DNA of 63,570 bases, counting the filler, from Choristocarpus tenellus KU-1152 (taxonomy: Eukaryota; Protista; Phaeophyceae), in assembly GCA_964200185.2 (NCBI GenBank). It is 11 parts of 11 records of this genome, joined end to end, with 100 filler letters (N's around TTAATTAATTAA, not from the genome) between each part and the next. Parts side by side here need not be neighbours in the genome. Positions count along the whole stretch, not along the records: positions 47,042 to 52,631 come from CAXNAD020010323.1; positions 52,732 to 56,786 come from CAXNAD020016453.1; positions 56,887 to 60,497 come from CAXNAD020018963.1; positions 60,598 to 63,570 come from CAXNAD020023245.1; 7 more parts are not named here. One strand, written 5' to 3'. The translations under genes were made by a program, and so were the position numbers. Below the pieces are notes generated by a model. That model saw only the letters and a program-made list of their open reading frames with translations. It made no database searches and had not been told where the DNA came from. Shown piece after piece: positions 52,393 through 63,570 of this stretch (within the stretch, counting starts at the first letter, position 1; each line of letters starts with the position of its first letter).

Positions 52393-53763
52393 AAAAAATT
52401 GATACTGACCCTAACACTCAACCTATTCAAGACCGTTTTTTTTTTTCTTTAGTATTAAAAAAAGTGATTTCATCGATCTCAAAGAGAAACAGTAACACGT
52501 TTTGCGTAAAGAACGGTTCCCTCGTGTTTTAAATTGTCTTACAGAAATAGAAACTCTTATTTGAATGATCACGGCCACGATGAACCCCTAACCCTATGGA
52601 CTTGATTGAATACAGTATACCAAGGTGGTACNNNNNNNNNNNNNNNNNNNNNNNNNNNNNNNNNNNNNNNNNNNNTTAATTAATTAANNNNNNNNNNNNN
52701 NNNNNNNNNNNNNNNNNNNNNNNNNNNNNNNTTTGTCTGTGCCTTTTGGCTTTTTTGGGGCTTTTGTTAATTTTTGTGTTTTTTGTGTGGGTCTTGTGGA
52801 TGAACGGGTGCTTGGGCTTGAGCGTAGTCACGACCCCCCAACCCTCGGGAGAAATGCTTGAAAACGCTCGGGGATGCCACAGAGATTCGGACTCGCTGTG
52901 CTTCTTTACACCTTCCGGCCACTTCTTCCCTCCATTCCAGTCCCTTATCGCATCCCCTTTTCTTGTTGCAGCATTTGAGCGGTTCACAAATACCGCCCCA
53001 CCTTCCTCGCCTTGCTCATCACATTACTGGTCAAAATTATCTACTATGACAAACAAAACAAACACGCAATGGACAAGGTGGCATCCCAATGACCTCCCTC
53101 CCCCACCCATGCCACACACCTCACTCCTCTCCCGTCCCTTCACTTTTTCTTCCCATCAGATCCGTCGAACCATTCGGTAGAGGATTCCCACCCCACAAAC
53201 CACACGCGGTACTAGGCACCACAATGATTCATTCTCTCCGTCACTGAACCGACGACTTGGGCATTTTTTACCATGGAATGGGGGACTCCATAAGGGCAAA
53301 AATTTCAGCGCTTGGACTGGGGCTTGGTTGCCAGGGGTGACACTTGACGCAGTCTTAAATCACCACAACTTGAGCCTCGGGTCTTCGGACAACTTGATCC
53401 CCTTTGCCGACTTGACCCCCAAAACTTCTGCGGTATCCTTAACGTGGCCGTGAGGGTGCACTTTGCGCCCGAGATAAGTTAATGGAGAAGGGTAAGCACG
53501 CCTACCCATAAACTAGCTTTGCATCTACACTCGTGACATATCACGCGAGGTGAAGGACAACATCCATTCAGGAATATTTCGAGATTGGAAGAAAACGTTA
53601 GCACTTCAGAAAAATAATCTGATCCAACGACTTGCCCCACAACTAATTGAACGTCCAGTTTCAGTCAAGTCGACTACTACTCGATCTAGCAACGGAAGAT
53701 CCGCTCCCTTCCCCACATCGGTACACGGCATGAACATCCTTTACATCCCTCCCATCCACTCAC

Positions 53764-53948
53764 TGTGTGCCGTAGTCAAGAGGGAGGTAAACGTCGCGAA
53801 CGTCGCCATATTCCTTGAAGATTGATCTGACATCCTCTGGCCTAGTGCGAAACGTCAGGTTACGCACAAGGAGAGAAACCTTGCGGGGCTCGTCTCTACC
53901 ACGACTGTCATCTCGATCGCGGTTGGACCGTCCACGGTCACGGCTCAT
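53764..53948 (-). CDS. SC35-like (SCL) serine/arginine-rich splicing factor, first coding exon
   Basis: RRM start SLLVRNLTFRTRPEDVRSIFKEYGDVRDVYLPLDYGT followed by a GTGAGT donor, with an RD/RS-rich leader. Confidence 0.85.
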
Positions 53949-54375
53949 GTTTTTGGGTGCACCTGCGGCAAAGCTCGGGTGATCCGCGTTAAGCGTAACA
54001 AGTTCCGAAGTGTCTATGAGAAGATAATAATTTCTTAGCTGGACAACTCCAACTATGTTCTGTGACCCTTAAACACCCTGATATGACATAGATGCCAAGT
54101 AGTCATGGTGATGGATCGTTTCAACCGTTCATGTCGCGCGAGCGCGTCTACGCGCGATTGTTGTGTGTATTGTGTGTGTGTGCTGATGTCATAGTTTTTG
54201 ACGCAACTAACTTGAGATTGCAAGTTCGACACAAAATCAGCTTATTGGAGGCTATTATTCGTTCCCCATTGCTGCCCCAACTACCTTGCCTAGAGACGAC
54301 CAGATATTGGAGTCTGGCATCGATTCCCCGCGTTTCTGATCGTGCCTGCTGCCTGGCGGGCCATTTCTTATTATT

Positions 54376-56188
54376 ATGAGGGTCTCGTCTGGAGCATGCT
54401 TGTCAGCTGGTTACGTCGCCCTATGGTCCACTGCAGAGCTTGCCATGGCGTTTGTCGTGCCTTCGGGACCGGCGAAGTTATGCCTCCATAAATCATCTGG
54501 GTTATCCACCTCATCAATGACGTGCTCATTGCGGCACCGAGGAGGGAGGCGCAGGTCTATCTCGGCTACTTCCATGTCAGCTGTCCCCGATATCGAGTCG
54601 CCATTCGCGAGCCCCGGCATCGCTGATGATGACAGCGATGAACTCTTACCCCTAACGCTGGAGAATGTAGAACTTGTGCTGGATGAGATGCGTCCATATC
54701 TCATGTCTGACGGGTGAGAAATGGTCGTAACATGGCAAATTCTACTAAGGCGAGGAGAGAACAAGTTGCGTGGAAAAGTGCAAGTAGATTTGTCCTAGAC
54801 GCAACTTGACCACATGTTCTGGATCTAGGATTTCAGGAGTCGAACCTTAGGTGGGCCTTACAGATCACCTCCAATTAGACATGTCAACCTCTGACAATGT
54901 TGGGAGATCACGATATATACATAACCTAGCGCCGAACTCGCATGCCTGATTGTGCTTCCTCAGTTCTAAAGATGACTTCATAACCCACCCTCTCATCTAC
55001 CCGAAGTGGAAATGTGCGGGTAGCGGAAATCGACGGTCCCGTGGTGAAACTGGAGCTTCAAGGTGCCTGTGGTAGTTGTCCGAGCAGCACTATGACTATG
55101 AAGATGGGACTGGAGCGAAGACTCGTGGAAAAGATACCGGAAATCAGTCAGGTCATCCAGGCCATGCCAGACGGTCCAAATCTCAATGTGCGTATGTAGA
55201 TATTGAACCTTGGTCTTGAGTTCAATCTGGGGAAGGGAGAGAGAAGGGAGTTCGAGGAGGAACAAATCGGGTGGTCACGCAGGTCGTGAATCTAACCAAT
55301 AGGTTCGCTTTGGTGGGTTTCATGTGCATTGAAGATAACCATCTGAAGTACATCAACCATCATTGTTTTAACAGCCCTGATTCAAACCCACTCATACCAT
55401 TTTTTCAAGAGTTGCTAGTTGTTTCGATGCGGCATGTATATTTCAACTGTCTATTCAATCACTAGACAATCACTAGATAGGAATCAAGAACACAAATGTT
55501 TGGGATTGAACTGCGCTGAGAACCAATGTTTCTTGTAACACAATCATAGTTCTAGAAGCTGAGAAAAGAGAAATCTTGCTCAAACACTTCAGCACTCATA
55601 TATACAGTAAAACACTTTTCGACCGATGATGTCTTGTACATGCCGTTCGACAGTTCCTGTCGGTAAATACTTGCTGAAGATTTCTTCCACATAGGAAAGC
55701 CCACAACACAATATCAAATCCACAACAAGAGGAAGTTCATCGAGTTTGTTCTTTTGTTGAATGTAGGCTCAACAGTTACACAATTACGACTTTTTTATTT
55801 TCCATATTTCTTGGATTTTGTTTGTCCTGTATTCTTCCCTTCTGACGAAGATTAAGGTTACGGCAGTGCATCCTCTGCTAAATTTCCTATAGCATTTGTA
55901 CAAGTACTGCACTTTTGTTGTGTAAACTATTGCGCAAGCACTTGACCAAAATGGATGAAAGACTTATCCATGGTCAAAGCTGCTTGGCTAGACAGAGGTG
56001 ACGTTTCCACTTGTGTGATGAATCAGATCCCTAACCTTTCTCATGGTTTTATTATTTCTATGTCGTGATGACTATACCATCTTCAGGAGGCAGAGATTGA
56101 GAAGGTCTTGGATGGTGTGCGGCCATTCCTTAGCGTGGCAGGGGGAGAGATCAGCATTGATTCACTCACAGGGGTTGGCGGCTTGCAG
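54376..56188 (+). CDS. NFU: Plastid-targeted NifU-like Fe-S cluster carrier (NFU1-3 type), 3'-partial (exons 54376-54713, 55007-55187, 56087-56188)
   Basis: [49 protein letters not shown], then a second NifU repeat [12 protein letters not shown]. The signal peptide ends AMA|FVVP and is followed by an S/R-rich transit peptide. Confidence 0.92.
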
Positions 56189-56739
56189 GTGAGTTGATAC
56201 TCACAGGGGTTGTCTATCTAAAAACTTGATGCCCATAGCATAAATGATGGAGAGTAAATGGCTTGTAGGGAAGAGGTGTGCCTAGGATTGTTTCAACAAG
56301 AGGCATGTAATTTTCGTGTTACATGCAAGATCTTCAGGGGCATCGTTACTTTTGAACTGTTTGGTTCCATATTGTACTTGCCTCGGGAAAATTGGTTCCA
56401 ATTCTCTTCTCATATCGTCTATTCCATGATTCCTCTCCCCACATCCCTGGTAGGTGTTTAGAGCCGTATAGTACAAGAGATGAAGTTGTGTCATGCCAAG
56501 TTGAAGTGGTTTGGTGGGTGTATTCTTGCTTGAGCATGAAGATTGTTGTGCAGCCAGTGAGTGATAGAGAGCAGTTTCTCGGTGTCCTGGTGTTTCCTCT
56601 CCAACCTTCACCATCACGCCTTCGATGTATGAAACTATTGAGGTGTACAGCCTAGAAACAATTTTCAAAAGTTATCCCTAACCCACCCCCTTCTTTTCAC
56701 ATTATGCAAATTTCCCTTGAATAGCAAGGCTGAAGAATA

Positions 56740-56778
<39 letters not shown>

Positions 56779-56939
56779 TTCTCTTTNNNNNNNNNNNNNN
56801 NNNNNNNNNNNNNNNNNNNNNNNNNNNNNNTTAATTAATTAANNNNNNNNNNNNNNNNNNNNNNNNNNNNNNNNNNNNNNNNNNNNCCCCCCCCCCCCCT
56901 TGGCCCCTTTTTTTTTTTCGGGCCCCCCCCCCCCCCCCC

Positions 56940-59900
56940 AGTGTCCCCATCATCTGCGAACAGGGTGTCCTCCTCCGCATCACCATTACCAGACAGGCCA
57001 TCAACACCACTCTTACGATTCAGCTTCCTCTTACTGACCTAGGCGGAGCGTCAACCAGGTTGAGAGGGAAAGGGAAGGAATGACAGCAACATCCCAAGGA
57101 TGGAGGGAAGGTTAGGGAGTGAGATGAGGAGGGGAAGGGAATGGTACATGTGCTTGTGTATGTGTGGGGAGTGTGTGTGTGTGTGTGTGTGAATACATGA
57201 TGGTACCACCACTAGTCCAGTAGTAGATGAAAATCGAATTGGTACACATATTGAACTTACAGTGCATTCACCAGATACAAAGAACACATTTACTCCAGAA
57301 ATTTCTTGGGTATTAACGTACTTGATATTTCATATTTTTGTCTACCTCTCCTCCCTCTTACTCTTACTTCTACCACCCACAATAACCTACTTGCAAGAAA
57401 CCATACATTTGCATTTCCCAACACACACACACACACACACATGTATCGTCACATACTATATAACACATATTGGCGATCACACTGCTGTTGTCCTGTTTAG
57501 GCCGTTGAGTATGTGTATTGTATGCCTACGCCCACAATGTGTCTTGTTACATTCCAGCAAAAGAAAAAAACCCCTTAAAGATTACACATGATCAAGAATT
57601 CATCAATTCAGAAAATGAGAAGAGGAAAATAAGGAAGAGTCAAGCACCACACATAAGCGCACTCACCTTTACCCCCCCTGCCCCCACACCATTGGCACTA
57701 TTTTTTGGTTGTCTTGCCTCCGGGGGCAGAACCCCAGCGATAACGTTGAATTCTCCTTGGATTGACAGCACGGCCAAGGCATCAAACTTTGCAACACTAC
57801 CATTTCCCAGCCACTAACATACCCACACGTACACACAACATACACAGATAGGTAGTCAAGACGGCAGGGTCGACCTTTGTGGAGAAGAGGGCCAGGTGAT
57901 GTAATACAGTCACAGAGGGTATGAGTAATAGCTAGCCTGCGTATGTATTCTTGCTAAGTAGTCCCCCCTCTCACCACCAATAAAAGTCATATGGCAGAAT
58001 TTTTCTTACTCATTTTTTTTCTCTTTTTTGAGAGCTTGGAACAACCCACTCTATATTTGACACACCAACCAGCACCCTTCACCATCTAAAACTGAATACA
58101 ATTGGTTAAAAATGTGAACACTTTGGATAGCCTCTTTCGACGCCCATAGCACAAATATAAAAAATATTTTACCTATTCCCAAACCTTACACACTCAACAC
58201 ACTCAAATTTTAAAAAAGGTCCATAGTGAGAAGTACTTTTCAAAAGGAACAACAAACGCCTTCCTCAATCCGACTCTAGAAATTGCAAAATTAGTACAGA
58301 TAGTGGATGCTTTTTTCTTTTCTTTTTTTTCCCAAGTTGAACACAGTAAACATATCTCAACGCATGTACATACACCTAACATTTTGGGCTGGGCGGAGTA
58401 AGTGGGGTCTGTGGAATATGTAGGATTAAAATTCCTTCAACATTGTACAGGGAAGCATAACCTACCCTCAACAACCCCAACAACCCCAACAAACCAAGAT
58501 GCAAACAATCTCTGCACGGCCAAAACACACCTCCAGGGGGATTTACATCACGAAAGTGGACCGAGGATAACCACTACGACTCTATATCAAGGTAGACAAA
58601 TAGGGCACCTCTTCTGATAACAACACATGATTGACAACGCCTGTAGGTGTAACAAAAGATAACCATTGGGAGGCCCTCATATACTCTTACAGAGTGCACC
58701 CCAGACGGCAATCAGACACTGTTCTTAACAAAAATACAAACTGTCTCTCACAAATGATCTTACACAAGTCTTACAACAGTCGATACAGAATGAACGTATT
58801 GAGTCCACCAAAGGTCATCGGGCTTTCTCGCCACCTCTAACAGACATCGTGCTCTAGCAACAAGGAACAATCGACACCCACAACACAACAAAAAAAACAT
58901 ATTCTTACAATCTGCATCACAAGTGGAGGAGAAATGGGGGAGTAGGAAATGAAAAAAACCTAGCACAGCCCTCCTTCGAATCCGTGTTTCATAAGAGGAA
59001 ATAAAACGCCTCATCACACTCCCCCCCTGCCCCACACAGCAGATTCACCAAATAAAAAACAAAAAATAAAAAATACCTTGATGCTTCGCCATGGGTTCTT
59101 AACAGTGCCAACATATGACTTGACCACCTCCATAGTCTCCACTTTCCACACCACAAGGCGTCTGCTCAGGTGAGAGAGCAAGCAACACAAAACATGCACA
59201 AAAGGATTGGAAATTTCCACGGCGGCATGGAGAACAGAATGACACTGTAAGAGACAAGACCGTTTTGTGGAGAATGACACTGGAAGGGGGCAGTCCATCC
59301 ACGATCCATTACAGCAGGCTATTTCTCTTGTTGAAAAAGCAACAACCAAAACAGGTAAACTGTCGTCATGCTGGAAGATCAGGCACCATCAGGGGTGCTG
59401 GATAGATTTGCAATGGGCAGTTTTGGGGTGTGTGGGGAGGGGGACTGTTGAAGAGGAGGTCAGGAGGGGGTGCTGGATACAGACAGGTGGTGTAGAGACT
59501 ATATCTTAGTGTTCCAGTGCCCTCTCTGTGTTGATGCCTCTTTTTCACAGGCTCTGATCAATGTCACACAACTGAAAGACAAAAAAATTGCAGGAGCTAC
59601 AGAGAGAGCCATGGAGCAGGTCGCAGGGTATTCGCACAACCAATAGAGCAACCAACGCGCAATTAAAAAAAATACAAAGGGTTGTGTTGCCAATGCTTTT
59701 GCCTGACCTGCAGGGGTGGATAGTTAAGTCAGCATAGAAGATTGATCAAGGTGTTCACTACCTGTCGTTCGTTACAAGGCGAAAAGAGAGGCAACTCTAC
59801 TACACATAATCGAGGGGCTGCCTATCCATTGCAATAAATATGTGATGTATGTGATGTATGTATGTGTGTATGTATGTGCAACTAAGGGCAAAACTTCAAC

Positions 59901-60372
59901 GTCTAGTGGTACATGTGTTACATGTAAAGAGCACAAAAATAAACTCATGGCTATCAAGTATGAGTAAATAGTATCATTGCTAGTTACACTATATATGCAG
60001 TACTACAGACAGATATCAATACAAGTAACATATGTAGTACTCCAAACAGATTGTTGCTGAGGGATGCCTGCTGCAACTACATAAAACAAAACAACAAACA
60101 CACAGTGACATACCACCAGGACACGCCTGACTAGATTATCGCTCATACTTTCATTCCTGTCACAACTCTCACAGCAAGCAAAAAACATTATCATATATGA
60201 GTTGCAAGTAAATCTACAGTCAACAGACCAGAGGCATCATAAACAAGGGTGGGGTAGGCACGTACCCATCCAATCCGCCCGTGGCAAGATAAGCACCATC
60301 TTTGTTCCACCTCACAACGGTGGTTACATCTTGGTGTCCATCCTCCTCCCTCTCAGGCACTATAAAGTTCCT
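56940..60372 (-). CDS. WD40-repeat protein, internal exons (about 60372-60266, 57813-57667, 57039-56940); resembles the end of the AND-1/Ctf4 (WDHD1) propeller and its acidic linker
   Basis: DGHQDVTTVVRWNKDGAYLATGGLDG; W...DALAVLSIQGEFNVIAGVLPP; then SKRKLNRK..EEDTLFADD. The intervening exon or exons were not resolved. Confidence 0.5.
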
Positions 60373-61262
60373 GTTCCCCAAGGGACGATGAGAGGGCGGC
60401 ACCCAATAGGGGAGGGATGGAGGGAAGGAAGGTTTGGGGTTAGGGTTATGGCAAGGATGAAGTAGATTGGGATAGAGAGAGCATATGGCACCATGGGNNN
60501 NNNNNNNNNNNNNNNNNNNNNNNNNNNNNNNNNNNNNNNNNTTAATTAATTAANNNNNNNNNNNNNNNNNNNNNNNNNNNNNNNNNNNNNNNNNNNNGCA
60601 AGCGTGACTGTTAGGGCATCCTGGGGGGGGGGAGATGGAGGGGTGAGTTGGGGAGGAGGAAGTGGAGGAAAGGTCAGGAAACGTTGATCCCCCTGTTGAT
60701 TGTAGGGTGGGAGAGGAAATCCAGTGAGGGAGGCATTGAACCTATGCACTCCCTACTAGGTGATATTGGTCGCTATCCTGGTGGGCATGAAAACCAAAGA
60801 AAAGTATTGTGCTGGAAGCCAACAGGTCGAGAATGAGTAGAACATCGAGTTAGGATCATCTAGGGGCTTCGCTGTTTTGTGTCATGTAGTTGCATGTATT
60901 GCTGTGTATTGTGGGGGGGCTGGGGGTTCGGGATGGAGTAGGCGGAGAGGTGGGATTGCAAAAGGGGTGGAGGATGATCAGATGGGGCGCGGGATGGAGG
61001 GTTGGGAGGGGTACAGAGGTGAAGGTCAGAGGCATAGCCAGCCCAGTTGAAGGGTGTGTGACCAGGTAAGAGGATATGCTGCTGGTTCTATGTGGAATAT
61101 GTATGGGGCAGGACTCCAGTACGTGGGTGTGGAAGTTGAGGGGTGTGAGGGTTAGGTTCCCTGGTGTGAGAGGCTGGCTGCTGAATCCCAGTGATACCTC
61201 CTGTCCCACTGTGGATTCTCATGAGTTATTCTGTCTCCTCTCTTGAGCTTCCATCCCGGCTA

Positions 61263-62312
61263 TGTTGAAAGCTTGGCACACATAAGGCTCATCGCCGGAA
61301 GCTAGCAGTTGAATTACATGGTAAAGCATACACTGAATTATTAATTATCTGTAGGGTATTGTCCACTTGATACTATTGTCCCACTAATGTCCCACTAGCT
61401 CACCATAACATACCCCTGCGTACGTTACTACCTTGCATTGTACTAAACTAAAGATCAACGTAATATAAGCTATGTTGTTTACTTGTATCAGCACAGATAA
61501 CGTAAGGATAACACTAGGTTATTCGACATCTTCCCCTTGCTGAAAATAAGTATTAACTCTCAAACAATCACAACAAAAACTAAAACACACATGTTGTGTC
61601 ACATGTTCATCAAAAACTTTACATGTTGTCTAAAAACTCAAACTGTCTAATTCTTGGTCAATACATCTGCCCTCTGATTTGCAGTACCAACAAAAACAAC
61701 ACGAATCTCTCCTTTTCTGGACAAATCCCTCAGAAAATGATGTCGGACATCAATGTGCTTTGTTCTAGTAGAGCTTTTGGCATTTCGTACTAGTTTGCAT
61801 GCACCATCGTTATCCTCAAACAATTCAATACAACGCCTAGGAAACTGTTGCTGAATAAACTCAAAAAACACTTCTCTAGAAAAGTAATTCCTGTGCCACA
61901 CTACAACGAGCTATGTATTCACTCTCTGTGGAAGACAGAGAGACAACTCTTTGTACCTTTGACATCCAAGATATTGCTCCTCCTGCAAACATAATTGCTC
62001 CCTCCAGAACCCAAGACTGTAAGAGCAGCATACACGCTTAAGCATGTTGAAAAGCTTGGAGCACATAAGGCTCATCGCCGGAAGCTAGCAGTTGAATTAC
62101 ATGGTAAAGCATACACTGAATTATTAATTATCTGTAGGGTATTTTCCACTTGATACTATTGTCCTACTAATGTCCCACTAACTCACCATAACATACCGCT
62201 GTGTACGTTACTACCTTGTATTGTACTAAACTAAAGATCAACGTACATATATGCTATGTTGTTTACTTGGATCAGTACAGACAACGTAAGGATAACACTA
62301 GGTTATTTGACA
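61263..62312 (-). mobile_element. Internally deleted Ty1/Copia LTR retrotransposon: LTRs 61263-61528 and 62045-62312, TSD GGCTA
   Basis: TG...CA direct repeats of about 266 bp, a 5-bp TSD, and a PPT (AGCAAGGGGAAGA on the - strand). Copia RNase H fragment EDNDGACKLVRN...RTKHIDVRHHFLRD..QRADVLTK. Confidence 0.95.
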
Positions 62313-62470
62313 GGCTAACCTTGCCTGTGTATGCGCTAGAGGTGTGTGGGATCCTCTCCCTGTGCAACCGTTACCACCCAGCAGACACTGTCCAAGTATC
62401 TTTGCTGTTGCACTTCTTCCTGCACCGTTGTCAGTTGCTCTTCCCTCGATGTGGATGGCGGAGGCTTAGT

Positions 62471-62653
62471 GGGTCAAAGTATCTGGGGGAGGGGGGGGGG
62501 TCGGAGTCCGTTTTTCACCCTTTTTTCGATTTTCACTTTTTTGTGTGATTTGGTTGCACGTGTCGGATTTAAAATGTCAGGAAAAAAAAAAAATTGTTTG
62601 ACTGAAACGGACGCCCCCTCACAAACCACCCCCCAACCCAGATACTTTGACCC
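62471..62653 (+). mobile_element. 183-bp Sola2-like MITE with GGG...CCC termini, TSD TAGT
   Basis: GGGTCAAAGTATCTGGGG ... CCCAAGATACTTTGACCC, with TAGT on both flanks. Confidence 0.9.
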
Positions 62654-63570
62654 TAGTCGGAGTGGCTTGTATAAACTCCCTTCATTGAAGTTAGCTATCT
62701 GTGGAGAGTGGTCGATATGAGGACTGTATTGCTGGAACAATGCGTGAAATACTGCAGGAATTGCTGTTGCCTGTGTCAAAACCATGGTTCTCTACACCGC
62801 CTCCTCTTGATTGTCTTCTCTAACCCACATATTTTTTCCGCCCTACTCCATCACTTACTCGTGCCACATCATGAATTAGAACCGATTTTCGCCAGATTAT
62901 GTCCCTCTCTGCTCCTCTTCGGGTCACCACCACCAACAGAACACTTCAAGCTCAGCTGCGACGATGGGTGTTCAGCATTTTCTTACTCTTGACAGACGGA
63001 TGTCCAGTGTCATGACTGTAGTTTGGCTGAGTCACAAGAAACACTCACACTTGCTGAGGTTCAATGGGAAGGAACATATGAACTTATATACTTGGGACAC
63101 CCCCAGTGACAAACCTTAGATTGAGAATTTCATTGATCAGCTTGCAGAGACCGCGAGATACTCCCCTCTCACTAGTGTTACAAGCGCACTCCATAACCTT
63201 ACCTCCACAGGATGGTTAGCTTCAATCCACAGGTTAACGAACGTCAGCTCAGCAGAACTGTTACAGGCGAATAGCGCGAGCGTTTCTTCTTGTATTTCAA
63301 CAAAGTTTGAGTATTTGTTACACGCGAATAGCGCGAGCATTTTCTCCTCACGTGTTAGGAAATACGAACATTTGTAACAGACATATAGTGTGAAGATTGT
63401 TTCCCGAGTTCTGACAAGTGCGAACTATATACGATATTAGTAACACATAGGTAACCTTACAGAATAAGTGATTATTTTAAGGAGATGCAGAGTAAGATTT
63501 GGAATACCTACGTAACATTACAGAGGAAAATGTCAAAGTTACTAAGAAGTTCAAGAATAGAGGCTTATGG

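Noticed and set aside
47895-52600. Telomeric capping of the virus-like element (TTAGGG on the left, CCCTAA near 52590)
   Set aside because: Similar degenerate TTAGGG tracts occur in unrelated introns throughout the window, so the association is not specific.
56940-60372. TBL1/HOS15 assignment for the WD40 exons
   Set aside because: The WD repeat resembles TBL1, but the downstream exons (end of propeller, then acidic/basic linker) fit AND-1/Ctf4 better. No symbol assigned.
9602-60597. Regularly recurring TTAATTAATTAA motif as a biological repeat or site
   Set aside because: It is always embedded in exactly 44+44 Ns, so it is an artificial six-frame-stop contig linker. Gene order across linkers was not interpreted.
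62654-63130. LINE endonuclease remnant (IDHSP resembling SDH)
   Set aside because: Only a single weak motif; insufficient for a call.

Overview
Eukaryotic nuclear DNA from a plastid-bearing stramenopile (ochrophyte). The NFU gene carries an ASAFAP-type bipartite plastid-targeting signal, and genes have long GT-AG introns. The window is not one locus: 11 contigs are joined by an artificial N44-TTAATTAATTAA-N44 linker, so adjacency across linkers is not biological evidence. Host genes (all partial except FAM98): a Kelch-repeat protein, a tandem-MIT protein, FAM98, a FAF2/PUX10-like UBA-UAS protein, an SbcC/Rad50-like protein, an SC35-like SR protein, plastid NFU, and a WD40 protein (possibly AND-1/Ctf4). 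Three of these pairs are head-to-head. Mobile DNA includes a family of Sola2-like MITEs with 4-bp TSDs (some nested), an internally deleted Copia element with both LTRs and a TSD, and decayed TE-like genes. The main discovery is at about 48.2-51.9 kb, apparently inside an intron of the SbcC-like gene. It is a decayed gene with no evident splicing, encoding a single-chain, minimal, fused beta/beta-prime two-barrel RNA polymerase of about 1000 codons, preceded by a P-loop NTPase relic. It reads as the integrated fossil of a virus-like element or cytoplasmic linear plasmid. All homology calls are by-eye motif recognition; no searches were run.
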